From contig CAXBME010000001.1 of assembly GCA_963976765.1 (NCBI GenBank), positions 310,001 through 374,000 of the forward strand: a stretch of DNA of 64,000 nucleotides, written 5' to 3'. The DNA comes from an uncultured Planctomycetaceae bacterium (lineage in GTDB: Bacteria; Planctomycetota; Planctomycetia; Planctomycetales; Planctomycetaceae). Position numbers and translations under genes: made by a program. Shown one piece after another: positions 19,446 to 29,637 of the stretch (positions within the stretch are counted from its first letter, which is position 1; each line of letters begins with the position of its first letter). The notes below the pieces were generated by a model. The model saw nothing but the letters and a program-made list of their open reading frames with translations. It was not told the DNA's origin and ran no database searches.

Positions 19446-19745
19446 TCAGAAGACGTCCAGGAGAAAGTGGTTGCCTTTATGATACGGACGAGCCGTCGGG
19501 TAGAAGTTGTGCCAGTTTTTGTTGTAGACCGGAACCCGCTGCTCGGGCGAGTAGCGATAGTACATGTGGTCGTAACTGCCTCGCTGCTGCTGGAAGTTGT
19601 GCGGGTAGTAGACGTACGGGTAATAGTTGAAGCGGTTCCAGTCGGTCGGCTGGCCTCGTCCAGCGGCCTGAGCGTCGCTCGGGTTTCCAAGCATCGTCAT
19701 CAGGGCGAACAGAACCAGCCCCGTCTGTGTGAGTCGTCGGAGCAT
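19446..19745 (-). CDS. Small secreted Tyr/His/Asn-rich planctomycete protein
   Basis: Signal peptide ending DAQA, then WNRFNYYPYVYYPHNF...HMYYRY...WHNFYP...HFLLDVF. Resembles a conserved planctomycete family (recalled, not searched). Confidence 0.8.
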   Translation of the reverse strand: MLRRLTQTGLVLFALMTMLGNPSDAQAAGRGQPTDWNRFNYYPYVYYPHNFQQQRGSYDHMYYRYSPEQRVPVYNKNWHNFYPTARPYHKGNHFLLDVF

Positions 19746-20219
19746 TTGCTTCCCCTTCAAAAGTTAGTCTCTTGCTGAACGAAATCGAGTTCAGTCAACA
19801 CTGCCATTGCGGGCGAAATGCTGGCAGACTGAGTCCGTCTGAACTCGTATGTCTTCTCCAAAGTTCCCAACGTCAACATCCTTGTCGACCTGGGAACCCC
19901 TTCCGCAAACCTGAGCCGTCCCTGGCTCACCGTATTCTGCGGCCGCTCCGAAACTCTTCGCAGCAACGTTCGAAACCGTTCCGTCAGCGGTTGTGCTTCA
20001 TTTTGATCGGCTTAGCCGGGACCGGCACAACAGGAGAATTCAGAAGAATCGGCAAAGTTTCGCACGGCTGATGGCGAGTGCGTGGTCGTCGAAATGGTCG
20101 AGGGTTACGATTTCCGCCCGGATTCGAAACAAACAATCCCGCTCAATAATGCTCAACCGGACCGACACCGGAACCACCGCTTCGGTCACCGACGAGTTCG
20201 CTTTCTGAGGAGACACCAG

Positions 20220-21629
20220 ATGCTTTGGTCGTATCGAACACTTGTGGCCCTTTGTCTGTTTGCCGTTCTGACAACGGCCACGAGCCACCTGCAGGCGGCA
20301 GAGGAAGCGGCTCGGCCGAACATCGTTTACATCCTGCTGGACGACGCCGGGTACGGTGACCTGAGCTGCTACGGGCAGAAACTTTTCAGGACGCCGAACA
20401 TTGATCAGATGGCGGCGGACGGTCTGAAGTTTACGGACCACTACTCGGGCAGCACTGTTTGCGCTCCGACCCGGTGCTGCCTGATGACCGGACTTCACAC
20501 GGGGCACGCCGTTGTGCGAGGCAATCGCGAGGTTCAACCGGAAGGCCAGGCTCCCATGCCGGCGGACATTGTGACGCTGCCAAGGTTGCTTCAGAAGGCG
20601 GGGTATCAGACGGGAATGTTCGGCAAGTGGGGGTTGGGGTCTCCTGGCTCGGACAGTGATCCGATGGAACATTTCAACGAGTTCTTCGGCTACAACTGCC
20701 AGCGGCTGGCTCATACTTACTACCCGGACTACCTCTGGCATAATCGCGAGAAGGTCCAGTACGACGGCAAGGTTTACTCGGGGTACCCGATTCAGGAAGC
20801 GACGCTCAACTTCATCCGATCCAACAAGGACAAACCGTTCTTCTGCTACGTACCGATGACGATTCCTCACGCGGCAATGCACGTTCCGGAAGAATACGCC
20901 GCTCCGTTCCGTAAGAAGTTTCCGCAGTTCGAAAACAAGATCGGCAAGTACAAAGGGCCGGAAGTCAGGAACCCAGCAGCCTGCTTCGCCGGTATGATGA
21001 CGCTGATGGACGAACAGGTTGGCGAGATTCTGGCTCTGCTGAGGGAGTTGAAAATCGAAGACAATACGCTGGTCATGCTGACTTCGGACAACGGCCCGCA
21101 TAAAGAAGGCGGTCACATGCCGGACTTCTTCGACAGCAACGGCCCGCTGCGAGGCCACAAGCGAGACCTTACCGAAGGCGGTATTCGAGCCCCGCTGATC
21201 GCTCGCTGGCCGGGAAAAATCGCCGCCGGCACGACGACCGCTCACATCGCCGCGCACTGGGACTTGCTGCCGACGGCCTGTGAACTTGCCAAAGCGTCAA
21301 TGCCCGACGGAATCGATGGAATCTCGTACGTGCCGACACTACTTGGAAAGTCTGCGGAACAGACGCCGCACGAGTATCTCTACTGGGAGTTTCTTGAACG
21401 AGGCGGCAAGCAGGCCGTCCGTATGGGCCAGTGGAAAGGCGTCCGCGAGGGGCTGTTCAAGAACCCGGACGCTCCGCTTCAACTGTACGATCTGAGCAAA
21501 GACATCGGCGAAGAAAACAACATCGCGGCGAAGCATCCTGAAAAAGTCGAGCAACTCGGAGACCTGCTCAAAGCAGCCCACGTTGAGTCCGAGACGTTCC
21601 CACTGTTTTCTGCCGGGAAGAAACGGTAG
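20220..21629 (+). CDS. Arylsulfatase (FGly-dependent)
   Basis: RBS gaggag, signal peptide, RPNIVYILLDDAGYGD, CAPTRCCLMTG (CxPxR), GKWGLG and SDNG. Confidence 0.96.
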   Translation: MLWSYRTLVALCLFAVLTTATSHLQAAEEAARPNIVYILLDDAGYGDLSCYGQKLFRTPNIDQMAADGLKFTDHYSGSTVCAPTRCCLMTGLHTGHAVVRGNREVQPEGQAPMPADIVTLPRLLQKAGYQTGMFGKWGLGSPGSDSDPMEHFNEFFGYNCQRLAHTYYPDYLWHNREKVQYDGKVYSGYPIQEATLNFIRSNKDKPFFCYVPMTIPHAAMHVPEEYAAPFRKKFPQFENKIGKYKGPEVRNPAACFAGMMTLMDEQVGEILALLRELKIEDNTLVMLTSDNGPHKEGGHMPDFFDSNGPLRGHKRDLTEGGIRAPLIARWPGKIAAGTTTAHIAAHWDLLPTACELAKASMPDGIDGISYVPTLLGKSAEQTPHEYLYWEFLERGGKQAVRMGQWKGVREGLFKNPDAPLQLYDLSKDIGEENNIAAKHPEKVEQLGDLLKAAHVESETFPLFSAGKKR

Positions 21630-21691
21630 AACAGGCTCGTCTCAGACACGGCCCGACAAAGGCATCGTTTCATCACCGGAAGTAAACCGTC

Positions 21692-21853
21692 ATGCAATGG
21701 GGAATCGAACAGCTTCTTTACGTGGGGCAGCTGGCGATGCCGGTGATTGGGTTGGGCGTCCTGATCATACTGCTGTTGGCAGTGGCGGACCGGCACCCCC
21801 GAAACGATTCTCCTCCTGACGATCCCAAACCGCCCGCCAAGCCGGACGTTTAG
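21692..21853 (+). CDS. Small single-TM protein, 53 aa (not in ORF track)
   Basis: Hand translation: MQWGIEQLLYVGQLAMPVIGLGVLIILLLAVADRHPRNDSPPDDPKPPAKPDV. Confidence 0.6.
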   Translation: MQWGIEQLLYVGQLAMPVIGLGVLIILLLAVADRHPRNDSPPDDPKPPAKPDV

Positions 21854-21907
21854 GCAATTGCCAGTAAGCAGGTGTTGCCATAGCCGATCAACGCCCCGGA
21901 GATGACT

Positions 21908-22000
21908 ATGGAACTTTTCGGCGCGATCATTCTTGTGGTCATTGCAATCATCTGCGGTACTGCCAGCAGGAACCGCAAGCAGCAGAAACCTGACGAGTAG
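21908..22000 (+). CDS. Small single-TM protein, 30 aa (not in ORF track)
   Basis: ggag 6 nt before ATG; MELFGAIILVVIAIICGTASRNRKQQKPDE (alternative ATG at 21902). Confidence 0.55.
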   Translation: MELFGAIILVVIAIICGTASRNRKQQKPDE

Positions 22001-22059
22001 CGTTTGCGGACTCCACCAGCCGTGCAGGACGCATCATTTCCGCTCTGCTGGGCCGGCCA

Positions 22060-23364
22060 TCACTTCGCGGCAGTCTTCACTGGCGGCAGAAGATTTGACA
22101 GCGTGGCGTCGAGATCCTTCGGGGCAATCGAAGTGGTGACTGCTTTTCCCTCGGCATCAACCAGCCAGATTTGTGGGATCGTGGTCACTCCATAATGAAC
22201 GGCGACGGGATGATTCCAGCCTCGCCGTTCGCGGTCAGTGTGGAAGACAGTCCGCCAGCTCGTGCTGAATTTTTCCAGGAAGGCGTCGATCGCCAGTTCG
22301 TCGGTATCGAGGTTCACGCCCATGACCTGGAGACCTTGCTTCTCAAACTTTTCAGTGGTCGCAATGATCGATGCGGCCTGCTCAACAAACGGAGTGGCTT
22401 GACTCGACCAGAAAACAACCAGCACGGGCGAGCCTTTGAAGTCGGCCACCGAAATGAATCCGCCGTCGAGCGTCGGTCCACCGAGGTCAACCGGTTTTCC
22501 GATCAGATTGAGGCGTCGCAGCACGGGAACTGTCTGTTGAGCCTGCGGTGTGTCGGCGTACTTTTGCCGCAGCGTTTCGAAACAGAGGATCGCTTCTTCC
22601 CGCATGCCGTAGAAATCGCACGTTGCGCCGGCGTCATTGAGAAGTTCAACCGCTCGTTCCTGTTCACCAGGGAATCGTTCTGCGAATAACCGAGCCTGCC
22701 GGGAGAATTCCTGGATGTATCGGACGTCTTCACTTCCCGAATACTGAGCATTCTTATGAACGAATCTCGCGAGGATGTATGCCGATTCTGACGCGGCCCG
22801 CGACTTCGGATCGCGGTTGTAAAACGAGTCTGCAAAGCTGAATAACGAATCGATGCTGTCCTGGTCGCCCTGCAGCGACAATGCCAGCAGTGATTCCATC
22901 AGCCGATGCACGGCGACGTTGAAGACCGCTTCGAGTTCGGGATCCTGGTGAGTTTTGGCGATTGCTTCTTCGGCGAGTTTGACGATTTCCTGATTGCGTG
23001 CCCGGCGAGCTTCCCGCTGTTTTTCGATGTCGTCTGTTTCGGGAAATGGCTGCATCCGAAGTTTGGTCATCTCAAGAACCAGCCAGCGTGGCGAGCCTTT
23101 TCCGGGGGGAGCACTCGCTTCCCGCTGATTGGCTGCTGCCGCAGCTTTCGCTTCGTCTGAATCCAGGTCAGGAGTTGCTGGAGAACCTGTCGAAATCGCA
23201 GCGGTCGGAAGTGCTCCGGAGCCGGACGTTGAATTCGTCTCGCTTGACGCTGCTCCGCTGCCGGAGTCGACAGACTGCGGAGCCGTCGATTCGCCACCGC
23301 ATCCGGCAACGAATAAGGCAAAAGCTGTGGCCAGACCAAACAGGCCGTTTCGAGCTATCAGCAT
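22060..23364 (-). CDS. Lipoprotein with C-terminal TlpA/redoxin-like domain lacking CxxC
   Basis: Lipobox FVAG-C; GPTLDG..ISVADFKGSPVLVVFWSSQATPF, GVNLD and YGVTTIPQIWLVDAEG. Confidence 0.85.
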   Translation of the reverse strand: MLIARNGLFGLATAFALFVAGCGGESTAPQSVDSGSGAASSETNSTSGSGALPTAAISTGSPATPDLDSDEAKAAAAANQREASAPPGKGSPRWLVLEMTKLRMQPFPETDDIEKQREARRARNQEIVKLAEEAIAKTHQDPELEAVFNVAVHRLMESLLALSLQGDQDSIDSLFSFADSFYNRDPKSRAASESAYILARFVHKNAQYSGSEDVRYIQEFSRQARLFAERFPGEQERAVELLNDAGATCDFYGMREEAILCFETLRQKYADTPQAQQTVPVLRRLNLIGKPVDLGGPTLDGGFISVADFKGSPVLVVFWSSQATPFVEQAASIIATTEKFEKQGLQVMGVNLDTDELAIDAFLEKFSTSWRTVFHTDRERRGWNHPVAVHYGVTTIPQIWLVDAEGKAVTTSIAPKDLDATLSNLLPPVKTAAK

Positions 23365-23623
23365 CGTTCTCTCCATCCCTTGAGAGTCGCGTTTCAAACG
23401 CGATCCATCGTCAACCTGCAACCCGTCTGGTGCTCCCCACACAAAACCAGTCACCGATTTGTCAGCAATCCAGACAGTGGACGCCTTCAGCAATATCCGC
23501 AACACCTGTCATCGACATCTCTGGTAGCTCCGGCAGAAGCCGATCCGGTGGCGGGTTGTAGTTCAATTCACGAAAACGGGACAAGACGGAGTCCGTCCGC
23601 CGCAACCATTTGCCCGTGCGCAT

Positions 23624-24538
23624 TCAATTGAGCGATGGTGGTCGCTTAGGTCGGTGCGCTTTGATCGTCAGTCCCTCACGGGCGGCAAAAAGCAGCGTGT
23701 CAGCGCCCAGACGTTTCAGTCGTCGGGCTGCATCGTCCGACATTTTGCTGATCATCTGGTCGGTACTCTGCGGATCGTGATGGCACATCGCCAGAATGTC
23801 CGGCTTCACCTGATCGCACAGGTCCACAACGGTGGCGATCGAGTTGTGTCCCCACCCGACTCTCTGAGGATAAACGCTGTCGGTGTATTGCGTGTCGATG
23901 GCGATCAGGTTGGCTCCCGACATGAACTCGATCAGATCGTCCGCGTACTGGCGTCGGGCAAGATGATCGGAAAGCAGTTCTTCTCTGTTGAGAGCGATCT
24001 GGTCCAGTTCAGAATCCGTCGCGAGTACAAAGACGGCACCATCTGCTTCGACTCGATAGCCAAGCGAACCACCAGGGTGAGGCAGCCGAAACGGCTGAAT
24101 CTTCAACTTTCCGACTTCGAACGGTCCGTCGACCGTCTTGAACTTCAGCTTAGCCTGCATGGCAGAAAGTTCGATCGGGAAATAGTCGCCTGTCATCTGC
24201 CCGGAAAGAAGTTGTTCGACACCGGTCGATTCCCGTTCCTCGCCCCAGATCGTAAACGAATTCTGAGGCATATATCCGCAGGAGAAAAACGGAAATCCCT
24301 GAATGTGATCCCAGTGCAAATGCGTAAACACAATCGCCGCGTCGACTGGCTTGCCAGAGAATTCGTTCAGCCACGACATCCCGAGTTCTCGAATTCCGCT
24401 GCCAGCGTCGAACACAAGCAGCGTGTCTTCGTGACGAACCTCGATGCAGGTCGTATTGCCGCCGTACTTCTTCGTCTTGCGGCCTGGAGTCGGAATTGAC
24501 CCTCGAGTACCCCAGAATCGTACTGTTAAATCGCTCAT
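23624..24538 (-). CDS. MBL-fold metallo-hydrolase (RNase Z / phosphodiesterase-like)
   Basis: VRFWGTRGSIPTPG, YGGNTTC, FDAGSG, THLHWDHIQG, GWGH and HHDP. Confidence 0.92.
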   Translation of the reverse strand: MSDLTVRFWGTRGSIPTPGRKTKKYGGNTTCIEVRHEDTLLVFDAGSGIRELGMSWLNEFSGKPVDAAIVFTHLHWDHIQGFPFFSCGYMPQNSFTIWGEERESTGVEQLLSGQMTGDYFPIELSAMQAKLKFKTVDGPFEVGKLKIQPFRLPHPGGSLGYRVEADGAVFVLATDSELDQIALNREELLSDHLARRQYADDLIEFMSGANLIAIDTQYTDSVYPQRVGWGHNSIATVVDLCDQVKPDILAMCHHDPQSTDQMISKMSDDAARRLKRLGADTLLFAAREGLTIKAHRPKRPPSLN

Positions 24539-24593
24539 CCGACGGACCTGTGTTGATTTTTGAGGAGACTTGCCTGCACCGAAAGACGAATAC

Positions 24594-25010
24594 TCAACCG
24601 TTGCTGGTGTCATCCCCAACGTGTTCAAGCAAACGATCAAACAGGAACAGCGAATGTCCAATCTGCACGCTGTCCCCACCATGCAGAACACACGAGACGA
24701 CAGGAACGCCGTCGACGTAGGTTCCGTTGCTGCTGCCGAGATCTTCAATCACAAAGTCCGTGTCCGTTTGATAAACGCGAGCGTGCCGTCGTGAAACGCC
24801 ATGGTCAGTCAGAACAATGCCCGACTTCGGATCCCGACCGATCACAACTTCCGGGTCGCTGATGACCAGCTTCTCTTTGGTATGACCAGCGATCGGGGTC
24901 AACGCGCCGACAATCCGCAGGCGGGCGTCATACCGTTGAAAATCGGAAAGAGCGATATCTCCGACCGTCTGCCGGGCCGGTTCAAATATCGTGAATTCTT
25001 CATCTGACAT
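24594..25010 (-). CDS. FHA domain-containing protein
   Basis: VIGRDP, VSRRHA and EDLGSSNGTYVDG; ggagg upstream of ATG 25010. Confidence 0.93.
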   Translation of the reverse strand: MSDEEFTIFEPARQTVGDIALSDFQRYDARLRIVGALTPIAGHTKEKLVISDPEVVIGRDPKSGIVLTDHGVSRRHARVYQTDTDFVIEDLGSSNGTYVDGVPVVSCVLHGGDSVQIGHSLFLFDRLLEHVGDDTSNG

Positions 25011-25334
25011 TGCTGTTCCTCCAGACGTTTCAGACGTAATCAAGGCTGCCATTTCGAGATGATGTCGATTTCAGCCGACATTCTCGTCGTATTTCAGCTT
25101 CGTCGAGAACCTGTCTGTGTAAATCCATGTCCGAACGGTTCAGCCTTCCGTGCGAACCAGCGTCTGCTTTTTCTAAACGGTTACCCGCGTGAAGGTAACC
25201 GTTCATCGCCATCATGCACACGTAAAGCTGTCAATGATTTGTCAATGGCCTGCATCGGAAGTTTCGTCAGAATGGCCTTTCCGTGGAATACGTACTTTCT
25301 GAATCCTGCTGAAACGGCGTAAAATCACAGCAAA

Positions 25335-25364
25335 ACAACTGGTACGACTACAACCGGTACGACA
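25335..25364 (+). repeat. Tandem 15-nt direct repeat upstream of phoH
   Basis: acaactggtacgact / acaaccggtacgaca. Confidence 0.55.
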
Positions 25365-25424
25365 ACTTTGATGGCGGGCGACGCAGCGTCCGCCAGCATC
25401 ATGAGAAACCCACTTGAGAGCCCT

Positions 25425-26555
25425 ATGCCCCCCGAAACACTCACATTCTCAGCAGGTCCCGCGTTTCAGAGTCAGGAACAGATCCGAATTCTGTTCGGGT
25501 GTCAGGACCAGTACCTGCGCCAGATTCGCGACCGCCTGGGAATTAACGTCGTCATTCGTGGCGATGAACTTCGCCTTAGCGGCGAGCCCGAGCAGGTGAA
25601 GATCGGTCAGCGAGTTTTTGCAGATCTGAAACGGATCGTTGAAAAGTACGGCGAACTGGTTCCGTCCGAGATTACGGCGACGCTCGCCCGGCACTGTCCA
25701 GACTCGGAGCTGGATTTCACGGCAACGCCGGACAGTTCCGTAAGCCTTGCCGAACCGCCAGGCCATTCCGCTGAGTACTTGCGATCTTCAGAGCCGAACA
25801 CACCAGCAAACGGGACACGCGGTCGCGATAACTCCGGACCAGCTCAGGGCACCTCGCCCGATCTGGGCGGCATTGACCTGTTCGAAAAAGCTCGAAAAGT
25901 CAAACCGCGAACCGAGGGCCAGGCTCGCTACGTCAACTCGATCCGCGAGAACGACCTCGTGATCTGTCTCGGCCCCGCCGGCTGCGGGAAGACCTACCTG
26001 GCAGTGGCAATGGCGCTGAATGCCCTCCGAACTGAGCTGGTCCGGAAGATTGTGCTTGTCCGCCCGGCGGTGGAGGCCGGAGAAAAACTGGGATTTCTTC
26101 CGGGCGATCTGCTGGCGAAAGTAAACCCTTACCTGAGGCCGCTGCTGGACGCGCTGGCGGACATCGTCAGCTTCGACCAGGTCAAACGGTACATGGAAAA
26201 CGACATCATCGAGATCGTCCCGCTGGCGTACATGCGAGGTCGAACTCTTAATGATACGTTCATAATTCTCGACGAAGCTCAGAATACCACGTCGACTCAG
26301 ATGAAGATGTTTCTGACCAGGATGGGCGAAAATTCACGGATCGTTGTGACGGGCGATCCGACTCAGGACGACCTCCCGGACAACGTGACATCGGGACTGC
26401 TGGATGCGACTCGGCGACTGAAAGGCATCCCTGGAGTTGAAGCGGTCGAGCTGTCTGGTCAGGATATCGTCCGTCACAGGCTTGTGCGTGACATTGTGCG
26501 AGCCTACGACGATTCACCGCAGAAGGGTGGTTCTCGACCGGGCCGGAAAAAGTAA
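25425..26555 (+). CDS. phoH: PhoH family ATPase
   Basis: GPAGCGKTYLA, RPAVEAGEKLGFLPGDL, PLAYMRGRTL, ILDEAQN and DIVRH. Confidence 0.96.
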   Translation: MPPETLTFSAGPAFQSQEQIRILFGCQDQYLRQIRDRLGINVVIRGDELRLSGEPEQVKIGQRVFADLKRIVEKYGELVPSEITATLARHCPDSELDFTATPDSSVSLAEPPGHSAEYLRSSEPNTPANGTRGRDNSGPAQGTSPDLGGIDLFEKARKVKPRTEGQARYVNSIRENDLVICLGPAGCGKTYLAVAMALNALRTELVRKIVLVRPAVEAGEKLGFLPGDLLAKVNPYLRPLLDALADIVSFDQVKRYMENDIIEIVPLAYMRGRTLNDTFIILDEAQNTTSTQMKMFLTRMGENSRIVVTGDPTQDDLPDNVTSGLLDATRRLKGIPGVEAVELSGQDIVRHRLVRDIVRAYDDSPQKGGSRPGRKK

Positions 26556-26690
26556 GCCTGCAAATCGGGAAGCCGACCCGGCTGACGGTTACACCAATCA
26601 CAGAGAAACCATTGAAGCTCACTGCATCACGTCTTTCTCGCCTGTACTTAACCGTAACCGGTCGTTCCGACCGTGCCGGCGTCTGAATCC

Positions 26691-29045
26691 ATGCCGTTTT
26701 TAGGGCACAAGCATTCGAGACGTCACCGGGCGTCTCGCCGTTCCATCGGAACATCACACGGGGCCTTTACCCGCGTGACTGCTTCGCTGCGTGATCGTGG
26801 AGTTCTCGCACGGTTGTCGCTTTGTCTGCTGGCGATTGTCGTTCTGTCGGGCGTCGTTCAAGCGTGGAAAACGCCTTTCGCGTGGCGTTATGGAGACCGG
26901 CCGGCTCAAGGTATTCTGGCGACGGTCGATTTTCAGCGAATCAACACACGTGAAACCGATCGACGACGCGAGCAGACCGCTGAACGAGTCCCGCTCCATT
27001 TCCGCCGTGAAGACTTGCAGAAGGACATGCTGACGGATGAATTGCGGGCAGATTTTCTGACCGTCGCCGAGAGCGAGTCTCTCGACACCCTGGCGGATGA
27101 TGTCAAGGACGTGTTTGGACTCATCCCGGCAGGTACAGACAAACGCGACGATGGCTCGCGTGCCGCTACTTCTGAAGCAAGGTATGAAACTCTTCGTAGA
27201 TTGGTCCGGGCGGCTGACCAGTCAACGGAAGGTGTGACCGAGCAGGCTCGAATTGAGCGGGTTGCGGGATTGCTGGCCGAGTTTCAGCAGATTCTGCGAG
27301 TTATTGACCGTCCCGGAATCATTGATCCTGAAGCGGTGGCTCGGCGACAACTCAGTCCCGGTCAACGCCTGGCCATCGAAGCGGACGAGGGCGATGCCCC
27401 GATCGTTGCTGGAGTTGGCGATGTTGACCTGCCAACCATGATGAAACCCGGCGGTAGAATAGCAGCAGCCTGGGAGACCGTTCCGCTGCTCGCCACGATT
27501 CGGCCCAGCATTGAAGCGTGGCTGAATGCCAGAGTCGAACACACGCTGACTTACGACCGTCCGCGAACGCTGGAGGCTCTTCGCGCAGCCAGAGACAACG
27601 TCGAAGTCGTGTACGAAAAGTGGTATCAGGGACAAATCCTTGTCGGCCCAGGGGAATTGATCGGTGCGGAAGAAATCGAACTGCTCCGTGACGAATACAA
27701 CCAGGCGGAAAAACAGGTGCCTGCTTATCAGAGGTTAATCCGGTCCGGCACCGTGCTGTTAATGATGATCGTGCTGGCCGTTATCAACGGCGCGTACCTC
27801 GTTCGCAACGAACGCGGCCTCACACAGTCTTACTCGCGACTTTCGATTTATCTGGGGTCGATGATTCTTGCGGTCGGGGTTGGTTGCTGGGCAACGCAAA
27901 CGCCGGTTCTTCGCGCCGAAGTCGTTCCTGTTGTCGTCATGGCGATGATTTTCGCAGTTGCCTACAACCAGATTATGGGCGCTCTGACAGCCATGACGAT
28001 CAGTCTGCTGCTGACGCTGGCAACCTCGGGCGAGCTGACCGATCTGGTTGTCCTGATCAGTGTTTCTGCCACCGCGGTGATCATGTTGTCGAGCGTGCCA
28101 TCGAGGTCAACGCTGATCAAAGCCGGATTCGTCACCGGGATCGCGTTCTTCGTTGTTGATTGTGGAATGGGCGTCCTCGACAGCCAGTCTCTGGACATCA
28201 ACTGGTCGGACGGTCGACTCCTCGCGGAAGCCTGCAAGGGAGCCGCGTGGTGTCTCGGAGCCGGATTTCTGGTGGCTGGCAGTCTGCCTTTCATCGAGCG
28301 AGCCTTCGGAGTCGTTACCGACATCAGCCTGCTTGAAATGAGCGACATCTCGCATCCGTTGCTGCAGGAACTCGTCCGCCGCGCCCCCGGCACTTACAAC
28401 CACTCAATCTCTGTGGCGACGATCGCCGAAACCGCCGCGGAATCCATCGGTGCCAACGGCCTGCTCGTCCGGGTCGGAGCATACTTCCACGACATCGGCA
28501 AGATGCTCAAGCCCGAATACTTTGTCGAAAATATGACCGAAGGAATGAAGAGTCGCCACGATGATCTCGCCCCGGCCATGAGCACCCTGATCATCATCGG
28601 CCATGTTAAAGACGGAGTTGACCTGGCACTGGAACATCACCTTCCGCAGCCGATTATCGACTTTATCGAGCAGCATCACGGAACGACTCTCGTCCAGTAC
28701 TTTTATCACGCCGCTAAAAAACAGGCCGAGGGGAATGCCGACCATCGGACCGATGCCGAAGAATCCTCATTCCGTTATCCTGGCCCGAAACCGCAAACCA
28801 AAGAAGCGGGCGTCATGATGCTGTCCGACGCGGTTGAAAGTGCCAGCCGAACGCTCAGCGAACCAACTCCGCGCCGAATTGAAACGCTGGTCCATAAAAT
28901 CACAATGGATAAGCTGCTTGACGGGCAGTTTGAAGAAAGCCCTCTGACGCTGAGTGAAATTCACACGATTGAGGAATCGCTGACGCAGTCGCTGATCGCC
29001 ATCTACCACGGTCGGATCAAGTATCCCGAGCAACGCAGTGCGTAA
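26691..29045 (+). CDS. 7TM-HD phosphohydrolase (PgpH/YqfF-like, HDIG motif)
   Basis: Extracytoplasmic domain and multi-TM block, then APGTYNHS, YFHDIGK, HHGTT, FRYPGPKP and SDAVESASR. Confidence 0.93.
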   Translation: MPFLGHKHSRRHRASRRSIGTSHGAFTRVTASLRDRGVLARLSLCLLAIVVLSGVVQAWKTPFAWRYGDRPAQGILATVDFQRINTRETDRRREQTAERVPLHFRREDLQKDMLTDELRADFLTVAESESLDTLADDVKDVFGLIPAGTDKRDDGSRAATSEARYETLRRLVRAADQSTEGVTEQARIERVAGLLAEFQQILRVIDRPGIIDPEAVARRQLSPGQRLAIEADEGDAPIVAGVGDVDLPTMMKPGGRIAAAWETVPLLATIRPSIEAWLNARVEHTLTYDRPRTLEALRAARDNVEVVYEKWYQGQILVGPGELIGAEEIELLRDEYNQAEKQVPAYQRLIRSGTVLLMMIVLAVINGAYLVRNERGLTQSYSRLSIYLGSMILAVGVGCWATQTPVLRAEVVPVVVMAMIFAVAYNQIMGALTAMTISLLLTLATSGELTDLVVLISVSATAVIMLSSVPSRSTLIKAGFVTGIAFFVVDCGMGVLDSQSLDINWSDGRLLAEACKGAAWCLGAGFLVAGSLPFIERAFGVVTDISLLEMSDISHPLLQELVRRAPGTYNHSISVATIAETAAESIGANGLLVRVGAYFHDIGKMLKPEYFVENMTEGMKSRHDDLAPAMSTLIIIGHVKDGVDLALEHHLPQPIIDFIEQHHGTTLVQYFYHAAKKQAEGNADHRTDAEESSFRYPGPKPQTKEAGVMMLSDAVESASRTLSEPTPRRIETLVHKITMDKLLDGQFEESPLTLSEIHTIEESLTQSLIAIYHGRIKYPEQRSA

Positions 29046-29076
29046 GTCTAAGAACCCTTCTGTAATCCCTTCCGGT

Positions 29077-29637
29077 ATGTACGAGATAGACATCGCGGAT
29101 CATCAGGACTGCCTGACGATTGACGAAGAATTCGTCAGGACGGTCGTCCGTCAGACACTTCAGGCTGAGCAGGTCGCCGCTGCAACAATCAGTGTGGCTA
29201 TCGTCGATAACGCACAGATTCACGAACTGAACCGGCAATACCTCAATCACGACTACGAAACTGACGTCCTCAGTTTTCTACTGGATGAGTCCAGCGGCCC
29301 GTCGGCGCAACAACTGCCAAATGCCCCGCGAGGAAACGGAAAGACGATCGACGGTGAAGTCATCGTCAGCTCAGAAATGGCCATCGACATGGCTGCTGAC
29401 TACTCGTGGGAGTCGTTGGACGAGCTGACTCTCTACATCGTCCACGGGCTGCTTCACCTGTGCGGCTACGATGATCTGACCGCTGACGAGTTACCCATTA
29501 TGCGGGCTCGCGAGTGCCACATCTTCGAAGTTCTCGGCAGGCCGAAACCGGTCCGGGATGCGGCGGACCAGGGCCACGTTGATGAACCTCGACCTTTCAA
29601 TAACGAAACGACAGCCCAACCAGGAGGGCTGTCGTGA
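29077..29637 (+). CDS. ybeY: rRNA maturation endoribonuclease YbeY
   Basis: ELNRQYL..TDVLSF and HGLLHLCGYDD. Confidence 0.95.
   Translation: MYEIDIADHQDCLTIDEEFVRTVVRQTLQAEQVAAATISVAIVDNAQIHELNRQYLNHDYETDVLSFLLDESSGPSAQQLPNAPRGNGKTIDGEVIVSSEMAIDMAADYSWESLDELTLYIVHGLLHLCGYDDLTADELPIMRARECHIFEVLGRPKPVRDAADQGHVDEPRPFNNETTAQPGGLS

Noticed and set aside
20040..21257. 405-aa minus-strand ORF
   Set aside because: Antisense to a clear sulfatase; typical high-GC shadow ORF.
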